37,568 nt of DNA from Nemertoderma westbladi (GCA_032718475.1 JAUCBJ010001819.1:1-37568), one strand, 5' to 3'. Counted from the stretch's first letter, positions 10,695-22,092 are shown. Numbers and translations are program-made. The notes: generated by a model from the sequence alone, not told the origin.

Positions 10695-12065
10695 AAAGTA
10701 GGTAGAAGTTAGGTAGTAAGAGAGTTAGTCAGTTAGTTAGTTAGGAGGTACGTAGTACCGAGAGATAGAGTTAGTCAGTTAGTTAGTTAGGAGGTACGTA
10801 GTACCGTTAGAGAGAGAGAGTAAGAGTAAGAGGGTACGTAGTACCGTTAGTAGAGCAAGAGTTAGAGGGTACGTAGTACCGTTAGTAGAGCAAGAGTTAG
10901 AGGGTACGTAGTACCATTAGTAGAGTTAGAAGAGTTAGAGGGTACATAGTACCGTTAGTTAGTGGAGTTAGAGTTAGTGAGAGGGTACGTAGTACCGTTA
11001 GCAGGGAGTGTTAGAGAAGTTAGTTAGAGGGTACGTAGTACCGTTAGTTAGGTTAGTAAGAGGGTACGTAGTACCGTTAGTTAGAAAGAAAGTAGTAGCA
11101 GTAGAGGGTTGTGGGCACCGTAAGCGCCACGTAGAAAGTAGTAAGCAGAGTGGTTGTGGGCACCGCAAGCGCCACGTAGTTAGAGTTAGTAGGGAATGCG
11201 TTGAACTTAGTGGGGCACGGGCGTGATGACGTGTTTGATGTAAGAGCAGGGTATGTTAATTAGGGTGGGTGCTGGGCACAAGAGGTGCCGGGCACAAAAG
11301 AGTTAGTAGAGAGTTAGTAGTAGAGTTAGTAGTAGAGTTAGTAAGAGTTAGTAGAGAGTTAGTAGAGTTAGTAAGAGTTAGTAGTAGTTCACATGATTAA
11401 CGTACCCACTCTGCCGGCATTCAGAGCGTCACGTGTAGGCGAGTAGACGTAAAGGCGAGTAGATGTAAAGGAAGTAAGTTAGAGATAGAGAGGGCACATA
11501 GTGTGCCAGGTAGTAGAGTGGAGTGTTAGAGGTAGTAGAGAGGGCACATAGGGTGCCAGAGAGTAGAGTAGTAGAGAGGGCACATCGGGTGCCAGCTAGT
11601 AGAGTTAGAGTTTTAGAGGTAGTAGAGAGGGCACATAGGGTGCCAGAGAGTAGAGTAGTAGAGAGGGCACATAGGGTGCCAAGTAGTAGAGTTGTTAGAG
11701 GTAGTAGAGAGGGCACATAGGGTGCCAGGTAGTAGAGTTAGAGAGGTAGTTGAGTAGTAGAAGGGCACATAGGGTGCCAGATAGTAGAGTGGTTGTGGGC
11801 ACCGCAAGCGCCACGTAGAAGGAAGTAGACAGTAGAGTGGTTGTGGGCACCGCAAGCGCCACGTAGTTAGAAGAGTGGAGTAGAGTTAGTAGAGCTAGTT
11901 AGCAGAGTTGGTAGACTTAGAGGAGTCAAGTAGAGTTAGTAGAAGTAGAGAGTTAGTAGGAGTTAGTTAGACTTAGTAGAACTAGTTAGAGTCGGAGAGT
12001 TAGTAGAAAGTAAGATAGTTAGATAGTTAGCAAGTAAGTAGTAGATAGTTAGATAGTATGATAGC
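10695..12065 (+). repeat. Purine-rich compound minisatellite region with short hairpin motifs
   Basis: 9x GGTAC(G/A)TAGTACC, 8x GGCAC-N5-GTGCC and 4x GGTTGTGGGCACCG(C/T)AAGCGCCAC, separated by gttagtagag-type linkers. Confidence 0.85.
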
Positions 12066-12427
12066 ACAGGGGTAGCATTAGAGGTCAGGGCCTTAGAGAG
12101 TGGCAGAGATTAGAGAGGAGATAGTGAGAGGAGCTGTTGGCGAGAGGGAAGAGTGCGATTCAGGTGTGGGGAGAGGGTAAGAGCGAGTTGAGTCAGACAG
12201 CGGAGTTAGAGTGGCGAGAGTGTTGGGGAAACAAAAATTGTGTGAGAGAAGCGCACGATCGGCCCGACACGAGACGCCAGAGGGTAGTGACATCATACCC
12301 ATAGGGAGCGGCCTGGAAAGCCGACTCCGAGAAAATAAACCCACCCCACACCCGATAATAGATCGGGATCCAGCGGAATTGTAGCGCACTTTAGTTGGAT
12401 GCTATCTTCTCACCGGGAAGATAGCAT

Positions 12428-12436
12428 GGGGGGGAG
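12428..12436 (+). promoter_or_regulatory. Polypurine tract of element 1
   Basis: gggggggag immediately 5' of the 3' LTR TG. Confidence 0.85.
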
Positions 12437-12956
12437 TGTTAGCTTATCCAATTCCACTAACACAAACCCATAGAGTGAGCCATTAAGCAATATTGGGGGC
12501 CACGAGGTTGGTTACCCAATCTCGTGTCACCCCAATAAAGTGGGAAGGAGAAACACACAATAGGGGTCAGGGGCCAAACCCCTAACCGAGAGAGAACACA
12601 GGGAGTGAAGGGAAACACTCCAAAGGGTGCCAACAGGGATATTAGCCAATGGGGGGACAGCATCGACTAGGTACTGTAACAAGGCCAAACCGTGCAATAT
12701 ATATTACCGGTCGATGCAATCAGTTAGTCAGTTTACTCAGTTAGTTCAGTAGGGTGGAACGGTGACTTCTATCACCGTCCGCTACCGCCATCATACTTAT
12801 CTACCGGTAACCGTGTCATACTATACTATATATATCAACTATATTATACCTTTATACATATTACCGAACATCAGAACTCTTTTACCTTTCACACACGGCG
12901 GGGACGCGTAGATAGAAAACCCAACGGATAAACCGGGATCCGTAGATCCCGTCACA
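12437..12956 (+). repeat. 3' LTR of element 1
   Basis: 520-bp direct repeat of 6564-7083, followed by TSD GAGAT. Confidence 0.97.
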
Positions 12957-13338
12957 GAGATTTTACGTTCAAACCATGTAAAATATGATTACTCATTATG
13001 ATTGACTGACTAATAATTGGTACCTGGATGGAGTCTTGAAGGTGACTAGTCAATTATTCCGTACTGCTATTGGGTGATGGCAGTAGGCTGTATACTGAGG
13101 GCCAGTGATAAGGAAGGAATGTATTGGATGAGTAATGTTAGTACCCTGGATCGATTGGGTTGGGTGGATAAGGCAGGCCGACTAAGGATGTCTGGGTTGG
13201 GATGATGAGTCATACTATTTGGGATATTGGATAATATTCTGAGATGAATATTACGGTGAATATTTCTGAGATGAATATTACGGTGGGATAAGGAAGAAAG
13301 GGAATAATTGTGTAGTAATTATTTCGTTTTTAAAATCA

Positions 13339-13721
13339 TGTAAGCGGATTCAATTCCACTTCATTACCCACCAGAAAATGGGACTAGTGGCATTTTAGCA
13401 ATATGTTGGGGATATGAGATTACCAATATTAATCTTGTATCATAACCAACATTGGGGGGGGGGGGGGGGGGCGACACAAGCCCCAAAGCCACAGAGAAAG
13501 GTGAGAGGTCAAACCACCTCAGAGGGAAGGCAGCTAGTAGAGGCTAGCAGCGGAGGGGAAACACTCCCAGGGAGTGCCAAAGTGACAAGTAGTATATTAG
13601 CCAATAGTGGGGAGGGAAGCACGTGATAGGGAACAGGAAAGCATCCATTGGGTAGAGGGCTAAAGTAGACATATATCATCTTGCATTACTGGTTTACCGG
13701 TCAGTTGTGTTATTCAGTTCA
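13339..13721 (+). mobile_element. Truncated, diverged LTR of the same family (U3 part), interrupted by element 2
   Basis: Starts tgtaagcggattcaattcc (compare tgttagcttatccaattcc and tgtgagcgtattcaattcc); shares gaaacactcc, ttagccaat, TATA-like and tcagtt motifs. Confidence 0.75.
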
Positions 13722-16193
13722 TGTGAGCGTATTCAATTCCGCCACACTAACCCCATAAAGTTGGTGTTAAGCAATATTGGGAACACGAGGTTGATTACCA
13801 ATATCAACCTCGTGTCACCCCAACAAAGTGGACGACAAACCCCAGAGGGCCTCACACAATGGAGGTCAGAGGTTAAGCCACCGGGTAGAAGGAAAGTAAC
13901 AGCAGCGGGGGGGGGGGGGGGGGGGGGGGAAACACCCCCGCAGGGCAGAGGGTGTGAAGTAGGTTACTAGCCAATGGGGGGAAGGCATCGGCTGAGTAAC
14001 AAGGCCACAAGTGCAGTAAAATATATATTATGTTGCATGCCCCACTACCAGTCAGTTTACTCAGTAGTTTACCCAGTACAGTCACGGCAGTACGGTGACA
14101 GTTAAGACCATCACCGCCGTCACCATATTACCGGTTTCATTCAGACATTAGTGCCATCTGCTATTGTATCTTATCTATACCATACTTCTATATCATTAAC
14201 AACATCGGAACAACGTAAACTCCTTTTCCATCACGGTACGGCGGGGACGCGTACACAAACAACACCGGATAAACCGGGATCCTCTCGGATCCCGTCACAG
14301 TCTTAACTCTAGGACCTGCCGGGCTGTAACTATTAAAGATGAGTCAAGAGGAAGAGACGACACCGCCGCGGACCCCGGACTACAACCTAATGATCTGCGA
14401 GGCCACTGCGAGACGGTATCGACCCACGACGCCAGATCCGTCGACTACAGGCGATCCGGCAATCCAAGAGAAGGGGGGCCGTCTACAACGAGAAGGGAGA
14501 GATGAGTCGACGTATGACGGCGGTCGACGTACCGATGTCGCCGGCCAGCCACAGGCCGAGGGCGATGGACGGCCCACCGGAACGGCAATGGTGGAGCCGC
14601 CAGTACGACGCCGGACCCGGAGAGATGGAGGAGATGTCGGCAACGAGGACGTCGGGGTCAGTGACCGGCTCCGACGAGCCTACCTCGCGACCCGGGAGCA
14701 GTTAAGAGAAGCGAAAGGAGGGGCCGAAATAGACCAGGTGAAGTTGAAGAGGCGGCTAGGTGAGTCGAACAGACATTTTGATTTCCTAGTGCGTTTTGGG
14801 CAGGGAGAACTAGCCAATGAGAGAGCGAGAGGGGTGGCCAGCGAACTGTCTGAACTATGGGAATATAGGGGTATGGTGCCTAGTGTATTGTACATAGGGC
14901 CATACTCAGTCGATGCCCGGGGAATAGAATTAGTGGGTTGGAGGGGACCGCACGAGGGCAAATCCGAGGTTAACTCCGAGGATTCGGTTTCGTCGGTCAG
15001 CGAGAACCCCGGAAAGCGGGGGAAAGTTAGTAGGATGGAGGGGCGACGGGAGTCCGTCGCACCGATAAGTCTGCTACATCCTCCGCAAAAGAAAGAAGGG
15101 TGCGGGAGATAAATCTGGCGTATAAGTCAACAATTGCGGCACTAGACCATAAAGAGTTAGAGAGGCGACGGAGTGAGGAAACCGCAATGTTGGAGAGAGA
15201 AAGAGAGTGGGCGAGGGAGTGTAGAGAGAAAGCCGAGGAGTGTAGAGAGAGAGCCGAGGAGTGTAGAGAGCGGGAGATGAGAGTAGAGAGCGAGCCGGCG
15301 AGGCGGTTTGAGATGGTTGCGAGAGGGGCAGAGTTGGCCGAGCAGAGTATACGAGAGAGAGGGATAGAGAGTAAGCGCGTGCGGGATGATTTGCATGCCC
15401 GACTAAGGGGGATTATGCAACATCAAGCCAAACTGAAGCGCCGACTAGAACTGGCGCGGTTGGGACTATCAGAGAGTGAGACCCCACTTACAGGCACCGG
15501 GCGAGGGAAGCAGAACCGGTGTAGCCGTACGGGCGGGGGGGGGGGGGGGGGGGGGGTAGTAATAGTATGTTAGAAGTAGTTAATATTAATAGTACCGTAG
15601 TAGATAACCCTAATCCCTTTATTACAGGAAATATTTTACCTGGTAGTAGTAATTTAAATTTAAATACAAATAATCTAAATAATAAGTTCAATTCAAATGC
15701 GAAGAATAATTCGAATAATAATTTAAATTTAGAAAATAATAATAACTTAAATAATTTAAATAATAACCCCGTTTTAAATTCTAATAATTCTAATATTTTA
15801 ATTGATTTTGGGGATTTAATTGATCTAACAGATAAAAATAATAATCCCGTTTCAAATTCTAATATTTCAATTGATTTGGGGGATTTAATTGATCTAACAG
15901 ATAATATTGGGAATGGTGCTATTAATATGAACGTGTCGGACGTGCATAACCCCAACGGGGGCCTGGCAGGCCACGCAGTTAGTGCGCAGAGAGTGGCAGG
16001 GGCGAGAAACCCCGACGGGGGCCTGGTAGGCCACGTAGTTAGTAGGCAGGAGGCGGCGGGGTTGAGTCAACCCGAGGGGGGCCAGATAGGCCATGCAGTA
16101 GTGGAGAGAGAGGCGGGGGTGAATAGACCCAACCGCAGTAGAGACAGTGTGTCAACTAGAGAGGGGTGTAGAAGTGGAGTAAGAGATAGTGAA
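13722..16193 (+). mobile_element. Element 2: 5' part of a diverged member of the same LTR family (LTR 13722-14299, 578 bp)
   Basis: TGT...cccgtcACA LTR homologous to the element 1 LTR; internal region aligns to 7180-8615; homology stops at 16193. Confidence 0.9.
14339..16193 (+). pseudogene. Frameshifted gag-like ORF of element 2 (R/E-rich coiled coil, Asn-rich tract)
   Basis: MSQEEETTPPRTPD... is homologous to MSRERGTTPPRTPD... at 7191; split over ORFs 14339-15112, 15100-15573 and 15567 onward. Confidence 0.75.
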
Positions 16194-16208
16194 TGTGATA
16201 TACATAAA

Positions 16209-17594
16209 GGCAGTGATTTTTTATGTCAATTTATTTGACTTTTTTTGTCACTTTTTTTACGAATTATGCATAATGACTTTTGTTGTCCATTTAATGACTT
16301 TTATTGTCAATTTTTATGTATGTATTTCTTCAAACTGTCAGACTGCTAATTTCTGGACTGTCAGACAGTTGATTTCACTATGCCTGTGCCAAAACATTCC
16401 ATGATTCCATGATTTATAGACTATGAGGTAGATTTCCATATGCGCCTGTGGTAAAAAGACTCTATATTAAATAGTTTGTGGTTGTTGTCGATAATCGATT
16501 ACCACATGACGTAGCAAAACACTCATTTTATAGCCAAAAACAATTACCAATTGATGGAAAGGAGCAGGTTAAGGCCGAGTTTTCTAACCAAAACAATAAA
16601 CAGTCACTTTACCAAATCAGGAAAAGGAGCAGGTTACAGAGACGAGATTTTCTAACCAAAACAATAAACGATCATTTAACTAATTGAGGGAAAGGATCAG
16701 GTTACAGAGACGGGATTTTCTAACCAAAACAATAAACGATCATTTAACTAATTGAGGGAAAGGAGCAGGTTACAGAGACGGGATTTTCTAACCAAAACAA
16801 TAAACGATAACATTACCAATTGAGAGAAAGGAGCAGGTTACAGAGGCGGGATTTTCTAACCAAAACAATAAACGATAACATTACCAATTGAGGGAAAGGA
16901 GCAGGTTACAGAGGCGGGATTATCTAACCAAAACAATAAACGATCATTTAACTAATTGAGGGAAAGGAGCAGGTTACAGAGACGGGATTTTCTAACCAAA
17001 ACAATAAACGATCATTTAACTAATTGAGGGAAAGGAGCAGGTTACAGAGACGGGATTTTCTAACCAAAACAATAAACGATCATTTAACTAATTGAGGGAA
17101 AGGGGCAGGTTACAGAGGCGGGCCTTCTGTGCTGTTGGAAGTAGTGGAGCCGCTATCCGTAACACTACTCAGACAGTAGTCATGATCCATTATTGATTAT
17201 AAAACTAATACAGTAAGGCCTAAATTATGTGAAAGGTATATCCACATTTTCCACAATCCTGCAATCCAGTTTCGCCTATCAATTATTTAAAATTTATTAG
17301 CACAACCGGTAGGCCTACCATTACCGTATTTAAATGGTAGGCTACACAGTAGGCCTATAGCAGTACCAGTGCCGGTACCGGTACTAAAATACAGAAATAC
17401 CTGCTTTATACCTACATCTGTACATACAATACAGCAAAATAGTGCTATATATATACTAACCGGTACTGATAGCCTGAGAGAACAGCAGTAGAGAAACCGG
17501 TAGCATGGAACCTAACATTAGACCTTTGGATGACATAAAAAATCAAAAAAAATTGACAAAAAAATGATAAAAATGGACAATAAAAATTATTGCG
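16209..17594. mobile_element. Non-autonomous DNA transposon, Mutator (MULE)-like
   Basis: 9-bp direct repeat ATACATAAA at 16200-16208 and 17595-17603; imperfect TIRs ggcagtgattttttatgtcaattt and (reverse complement) cgcaataatttttattgtccattt; subterminal TGAC-T/A tract-GTCA motifs; no transposase. Confidence 0.65.
16553..17121. repeat. 68-bp minisatellite, about 8 copies
   Basis: Unit taattgagggaaaggagcaggttacagagacgggattttctaaccaaaacaataaacgatcatttaac. Confidence 0.92.
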
Positions 17595-17801
17595 ATACAT
17601 AAATTACATTATTACCGTATTGGCGGGAATTTCAAATAGCGTACTACCTGTATTATTATACCGGTGTAGTACAAGTTGGGCCCTAGGCTAATAGGGAACT
17701 TACTATGATATTTTAAACTATAAACTATCAAATAATAATTAATATTAAGTATTTTAATATGTTATTATATTTTGGGATCTGATCGGGAGCCAGATATCAC
17801 A

Positions 17802-17811
17802 TGGCGCTGCG
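17802..17811 (+). promoter_or_regulatory. Canonical tRNA primer-binding site of the Gypsy element (tRNA-Ser-like)
   Basis: TGGCGCTGCG directly after the LTR CA; resembles the complement of eukaryotic tRNA-Ser 3' ends. Confidence 0.7.
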
Positions 17812-17894
17812 TTATGTACCTATGTAATAAGCCTACCTAATATTCATTAATGATGGATGTTTGATCTCTACCGGTAAACGCCACAAAATTGTCA

Positions 17895-20800
17895 ATGAAG
17901 GACGATATTACGACAGCCCGGCGAAGCCGTGGCCAGTACGCCTTACAAGCCAAAAGGGATATTGATAAACTGGAAACCTACGTTAGTTGTTTAGTTGACA
18001 AAGACACTGATGATCCAGATTATGAAATTGACTTGGCGGAAACGGAGGATGAGTTTACGTTGGCCAAAGGATCCATAGAGAAATTCCTGAATTCAGTCAA
18101 TGAAAGTCACCGGATTGAGGGACTCGATGAAGATACTTCCGAACAAGAACCTAGATATATTGAATATTTAGGTTTGGAAGATGATTTGGGACGTCTGCGC
18201 CGTCACATTAGACGCTGTAGAATACAATTTAACACAAAAACTCCAGTTCATGTAAATCTACAGGCTGCTAGAACTACAACACCTGAACGCAGTGATAGAC
18301 ATCCAAAGATAGATTCTTCTCTGAAACCTGAGATATGCCTCGAAACCGATACAACATTTATTGGATTCAAAAGCTGGAAAAAAGCGTTTATTCGATATTC
18401 CACAGCTAATAACATGAATCGCCTCCCGTTAGATGCATACCGGGGCCACTTGGAGAAATGTCTCTCAGAGAAAATGAAACACGAACTGACACAAATCCTT
18501 GGGGCAGATGATTCAGTCCCTATAAATGACTGTTTGGATCGACTTACTAAACACTTTGAGCAGAAATATTCTGTACTGACACGGAGAGTAAATTTCCAAA
18601 AATGTCGCCCAGCTAAAGGGGATCGACTTAGCGATTACCTGGTACGACTTAAAGCAATTGGGGCAGAAGCAGAACTCGACGGTTTATCTTATGAGGATCA
18701 ACTCGCAACTATGATTGTTGTATTCGTGATTGATGAGGAGTTACAAAATAAACTTATGGAGTTGGATAGTCCTACTTTAGATGATATTTGGGTAAAATGT
18801 TTAAAGTGGGAGGCCAATAAATCCAACCAAGCTGTCCTTCATGGTTCTGAATCATGTTCTATTAATAAGACGTCAACCTACAAGCAAGGGAAAATTAATA
18901 CACAGCATGGTGGGTTAATGAATAAAAATCGTAGTAAATCTCAAGACCGCTGGCGACAGCAATACCGCACAGCCAAAGATGGTAACTGTTTTTGGTGTGG
19001 TGGAAATCCACATAGAAAAGACAATTGCCCTGCTAAAGATATAACCTGTAATAATTGTAACAAAAAAGGTCATTATAAATCAAGGTGTGTCGCAGTCAAA
19101 AAGGTTGGAAAATCTGCAAATGGGCAATATACAGCTAAATCAAATACTATACAGGTATATAGTAGATTTATTGCAGTCAAAGTATCAGCAACTCATAGTG
19201 GTAAATCGACACCACTAGCAAGAGTTCGAATTTCACCAGCCAATGGTCATGGTATACCTTTTGAAAATGATATATTACCAGATACAGGTGCATCTGAAGC
19301 CATTGTCAGTTCTAGAATGCTTGAAAATTTTGACTTTCAAATTAACACCAATAATAAGGTTTCAATTATCGCTGCAAATGGTTCCTCTATGGTTTGTGAG
19401 GGTTCTGTTTACCTCAACATTGAATGGTTGCACCATCAGGCAAATGTCACGGCATATGTAACCCCAGATGTTGATAATATTCTACTAGCATGGCACAATC
19501 TTATTGATCTAGGCATTATTCCATCTGCCTTTCCGTATTCACTAGAAGATGCGGCGAAGTATGGTGTTGCCATTAATAAAGTAGAATCTAACCAGGAAGA
19601 ACCAGTTGAAAAGTCAGTTAAATTCGTGGCCAGCACAAATACAGCAGTGGATGAAGTTGAAGAATTTAAACATATCATTTGGAAGAATATTCTGATGTCT
19701 TCAACAGTGAAATTCAATTAAAGTCTATGAAAGGTCCACCAATGAAAATATATTTGAAACCACTGCTTCCAGGAACAAAGCCAATGCACTGCAATGTTGC
19801 AAGGAATATTCCTTTTGCTTACAGAGAAAAAGCAAAGTTCGAATTGGACAAAATGGAAGCTATGGGGATTATAGAGGATGTCAAAGATGGTCCATCTTAT
19901 TGGGTATCTCCTTTTCTAGTTGTTGGTAAACCACATCAACCAGGTGAGATAAGACTGGTGGTTGACTATAAAGGTCTCAATGAACTTGTCCAGCGACCAG
20001 TCCACCCTTTCCCAACACCACAAGATATTGCCTCTTCTGTCCCAGCTACATCGAAATGGTTTGCTACTCTAGACGCCACAAAAGGTTACTGGCAGATTCC
20101 TTCGGACAATGACAGTAAACCATTCACAACTTTCTTAACTCCATGGGGCCGGAAGAGATATGCCCGAGCTCCAATGGGTTTGTCAAGTTCTCTGGAGATG
20201 AATATTGTGCACGAGGTGATGCAGCTCTAGATGGCATTGCATCAAAACTGAAAATTGTGGATGATATACTTGTCTATGGTGATACATTTGATAATGTTAA
20301 AGTCACTATAAGAGAAATAATGGATAGATGTCAAAAGCATCAAATTACCTTATCAAAAAAGAAATTCATAATTGCTCAGGAAGTTCGTTTTGCTGGTTTT
20401 ATTATTAGTAGCAAAGGTACTAAACCAGATCCAGAAAAAATTGCTTCAATCCGTGACTTCCCTACTCCTAGCACAATCACTGACCTAAGAAGTTTCTTTG
20501 GGTTAGTCAACCAACTCTCACAATTTTCCCCTGGAGTTGCCCAGAAGTCAGCACCATTACGTGGACTTTTATCTCCGAAGAATGCCTATCAGTGGTTGGA
20601 TGAACACACTGAAGCCTTTGAAGCAACTAAATTGTCATTAACAACTACACCAGTTCTAGCACATTATGATCCGAAATTGGCAACGTTCTTATTAACTGAT
20701 GCTTCCAGAACCGGAATTGGTTATGCCCTGTTACAAGAACACAATGATGGAAGTAAACGGTTAGTGCGTTGTGGATCACACTACTTATCAGATGCCGAGA

Positions 20801-22092
20801 CAAGATATGCTGTATGTGAAATAGAACTCCTTGCTATTCAGTGGGCAATATATTGTTGCAAACTATACCTTATTGGTACAGCATTTGTCGTCCACACTGA
20901 TCATAGACCGCTTATTGGTATATGCAATGGTACTAATCTTGATGCTATACAAAATCCACGTCTTCAAAGATTACTTGAAAAATTATCGGGTTATGTGTTT
21001 AAACTAGAGTGGGTGAAAGGAAAAACTCATAATATTGCTGATGCTCTTAGCCGCTCGCCAATATCAGATCCCGATCCAATTGACAAAGTTGTTGATAAAA
21101 TATCCATTCAAGAGATTATTTGTCAACATCTTCAATCAAATGATATTGGCATAGATAAAGATAATTCACTTGGAATTATTAGAGCAGCTGCAAAAGATGA
21201 TGATGATTATCAGATCATATACAATGCAGTGAAGGACAAAGTTGATGTTGTGAAACTTTCCATCAACCACCCAGGTCGGTGCTATAAAAAGGACTGGAAT
21301 CGCTTATCTGTAGATGATGGTCTGATCATGGTTGATGCTACAAGGATTGTGGTACCAGCCAGTCAACGACGTAATATATTGAAGATTCTTCACCTATCTC
21401 ACCAGGGAATAACAATAACAAAGTCTCGTGCTCGAACTTTGTTTTGCTGGCCTGGAATGGGAAATGACATAAAACAAGTCATAGAAGACTGTGAGATATG
21501 TCAAACCATGCGTCCAAGTCAGACTCAGGAACCAATGAAACCTGATTCATCTGAAACAACAGCAAGGCCATTCGAATCAGCTAGTACCGACATGTTTGAG
21601 TATGCAGCAAAACACTTTTTAGTTTATGTTGACAGATATTCCGGATGGCCATGTGTAGCTTCATTCGGAAGATACCCAACTAGCAAGAATGTGATCGATA
21701 CTCTACGAACTTTATTTGCTGATTGGGGTATTCCCAACCGTCTTAGAAGTGATGGAGGACCCCAATTCAGTTCAGGTGAATTTGGAAAGTTCTGCACAGA
21801 AAATGGAGTAGAACATGAAACTTCATCAGCAGGATATCCTCAGTCCAACGGTCATGCTGAGGCTGGCGTTAAAGCAATGAAGACATTAATTAAAAAACAT
21901 TGGAAAAATGGGTGACTTGATAAAGTATCCTTTGAACCCGCTCTATTAGAATGGAGAAACACACCAAGAGAAGATGGGTTGTCCCCTGCACAATGGCTGT
22001 TTGGCAGGCTTCAACGACCCAATCTTCCAGCACACCAGTCTGCATATAATTTGATACACCCGATGGAGATAGATGAAACGTATAAAGCTTAA
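17895..22092 (+). pseudogene. Gypsy gag-pol polyprotein with frameshifts near 19680 and 20190 and a premature TGA at 21913
   Basis: Two CCHC knuckles (CFWCGGNPHRKDNC...CNNCNKKGHYKSRC), protease DTGA, RT LDATKGYWQI and IVDDIL, RNaseH TDAS, integrase HLSHQG...CEIC and D,D,E core. Confidence 0.93.

Larger units (their letters stand above)
6564..12956 (+). mobile_element. Structurally complete non-autonomous LTR retrotransposon (BEL/Pao-like derivative), element 1
   Basis: Two 520-bp TGT...ACA LTRs, 5-bp TSD GAGAT (6559-6563 and 12957-12961), PPT before the 3' LTR, BEL-type zinc knuckles, no RT/RNaseH/IN motifs seen. Confidence 0.93.
16194..22092 (+). mobile_element. Ty3/Gypsy LTR retrotransposon (Mag-like), 3'-truncated; its 5' LTR (16194-17801) is split by a DNA transposon
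   Basis: LTR termini TGTGATAT (16194) and ATATCACA (17801), then PBS, then gag-PR-RT-RH-IN; no 3' LTR seen. Confidence 0.9.

Noticed and set aside
11008-11855. Repetitive ORFs on both strands (VVERAHRVP, LSTTLLSGTLCA)
   Set aside because: By-products of the minisatellites, mostly with non-ATG starts.
17110-17190. Minus-strand mini-ORF MDHDYCLSS... with a DHxY (HCF-binding-like) motif
   Set aside because: Only 26 aa, and a short motif like this arises easily by chance.
17760-17801. 42-bp TGT...ACA mini-LTR for the Gypsy element
   Set aside because: Better explained as the end of a split LTR starting at 16194, which has 8-bp inverted termini and a 9-bp TSD around the insert.
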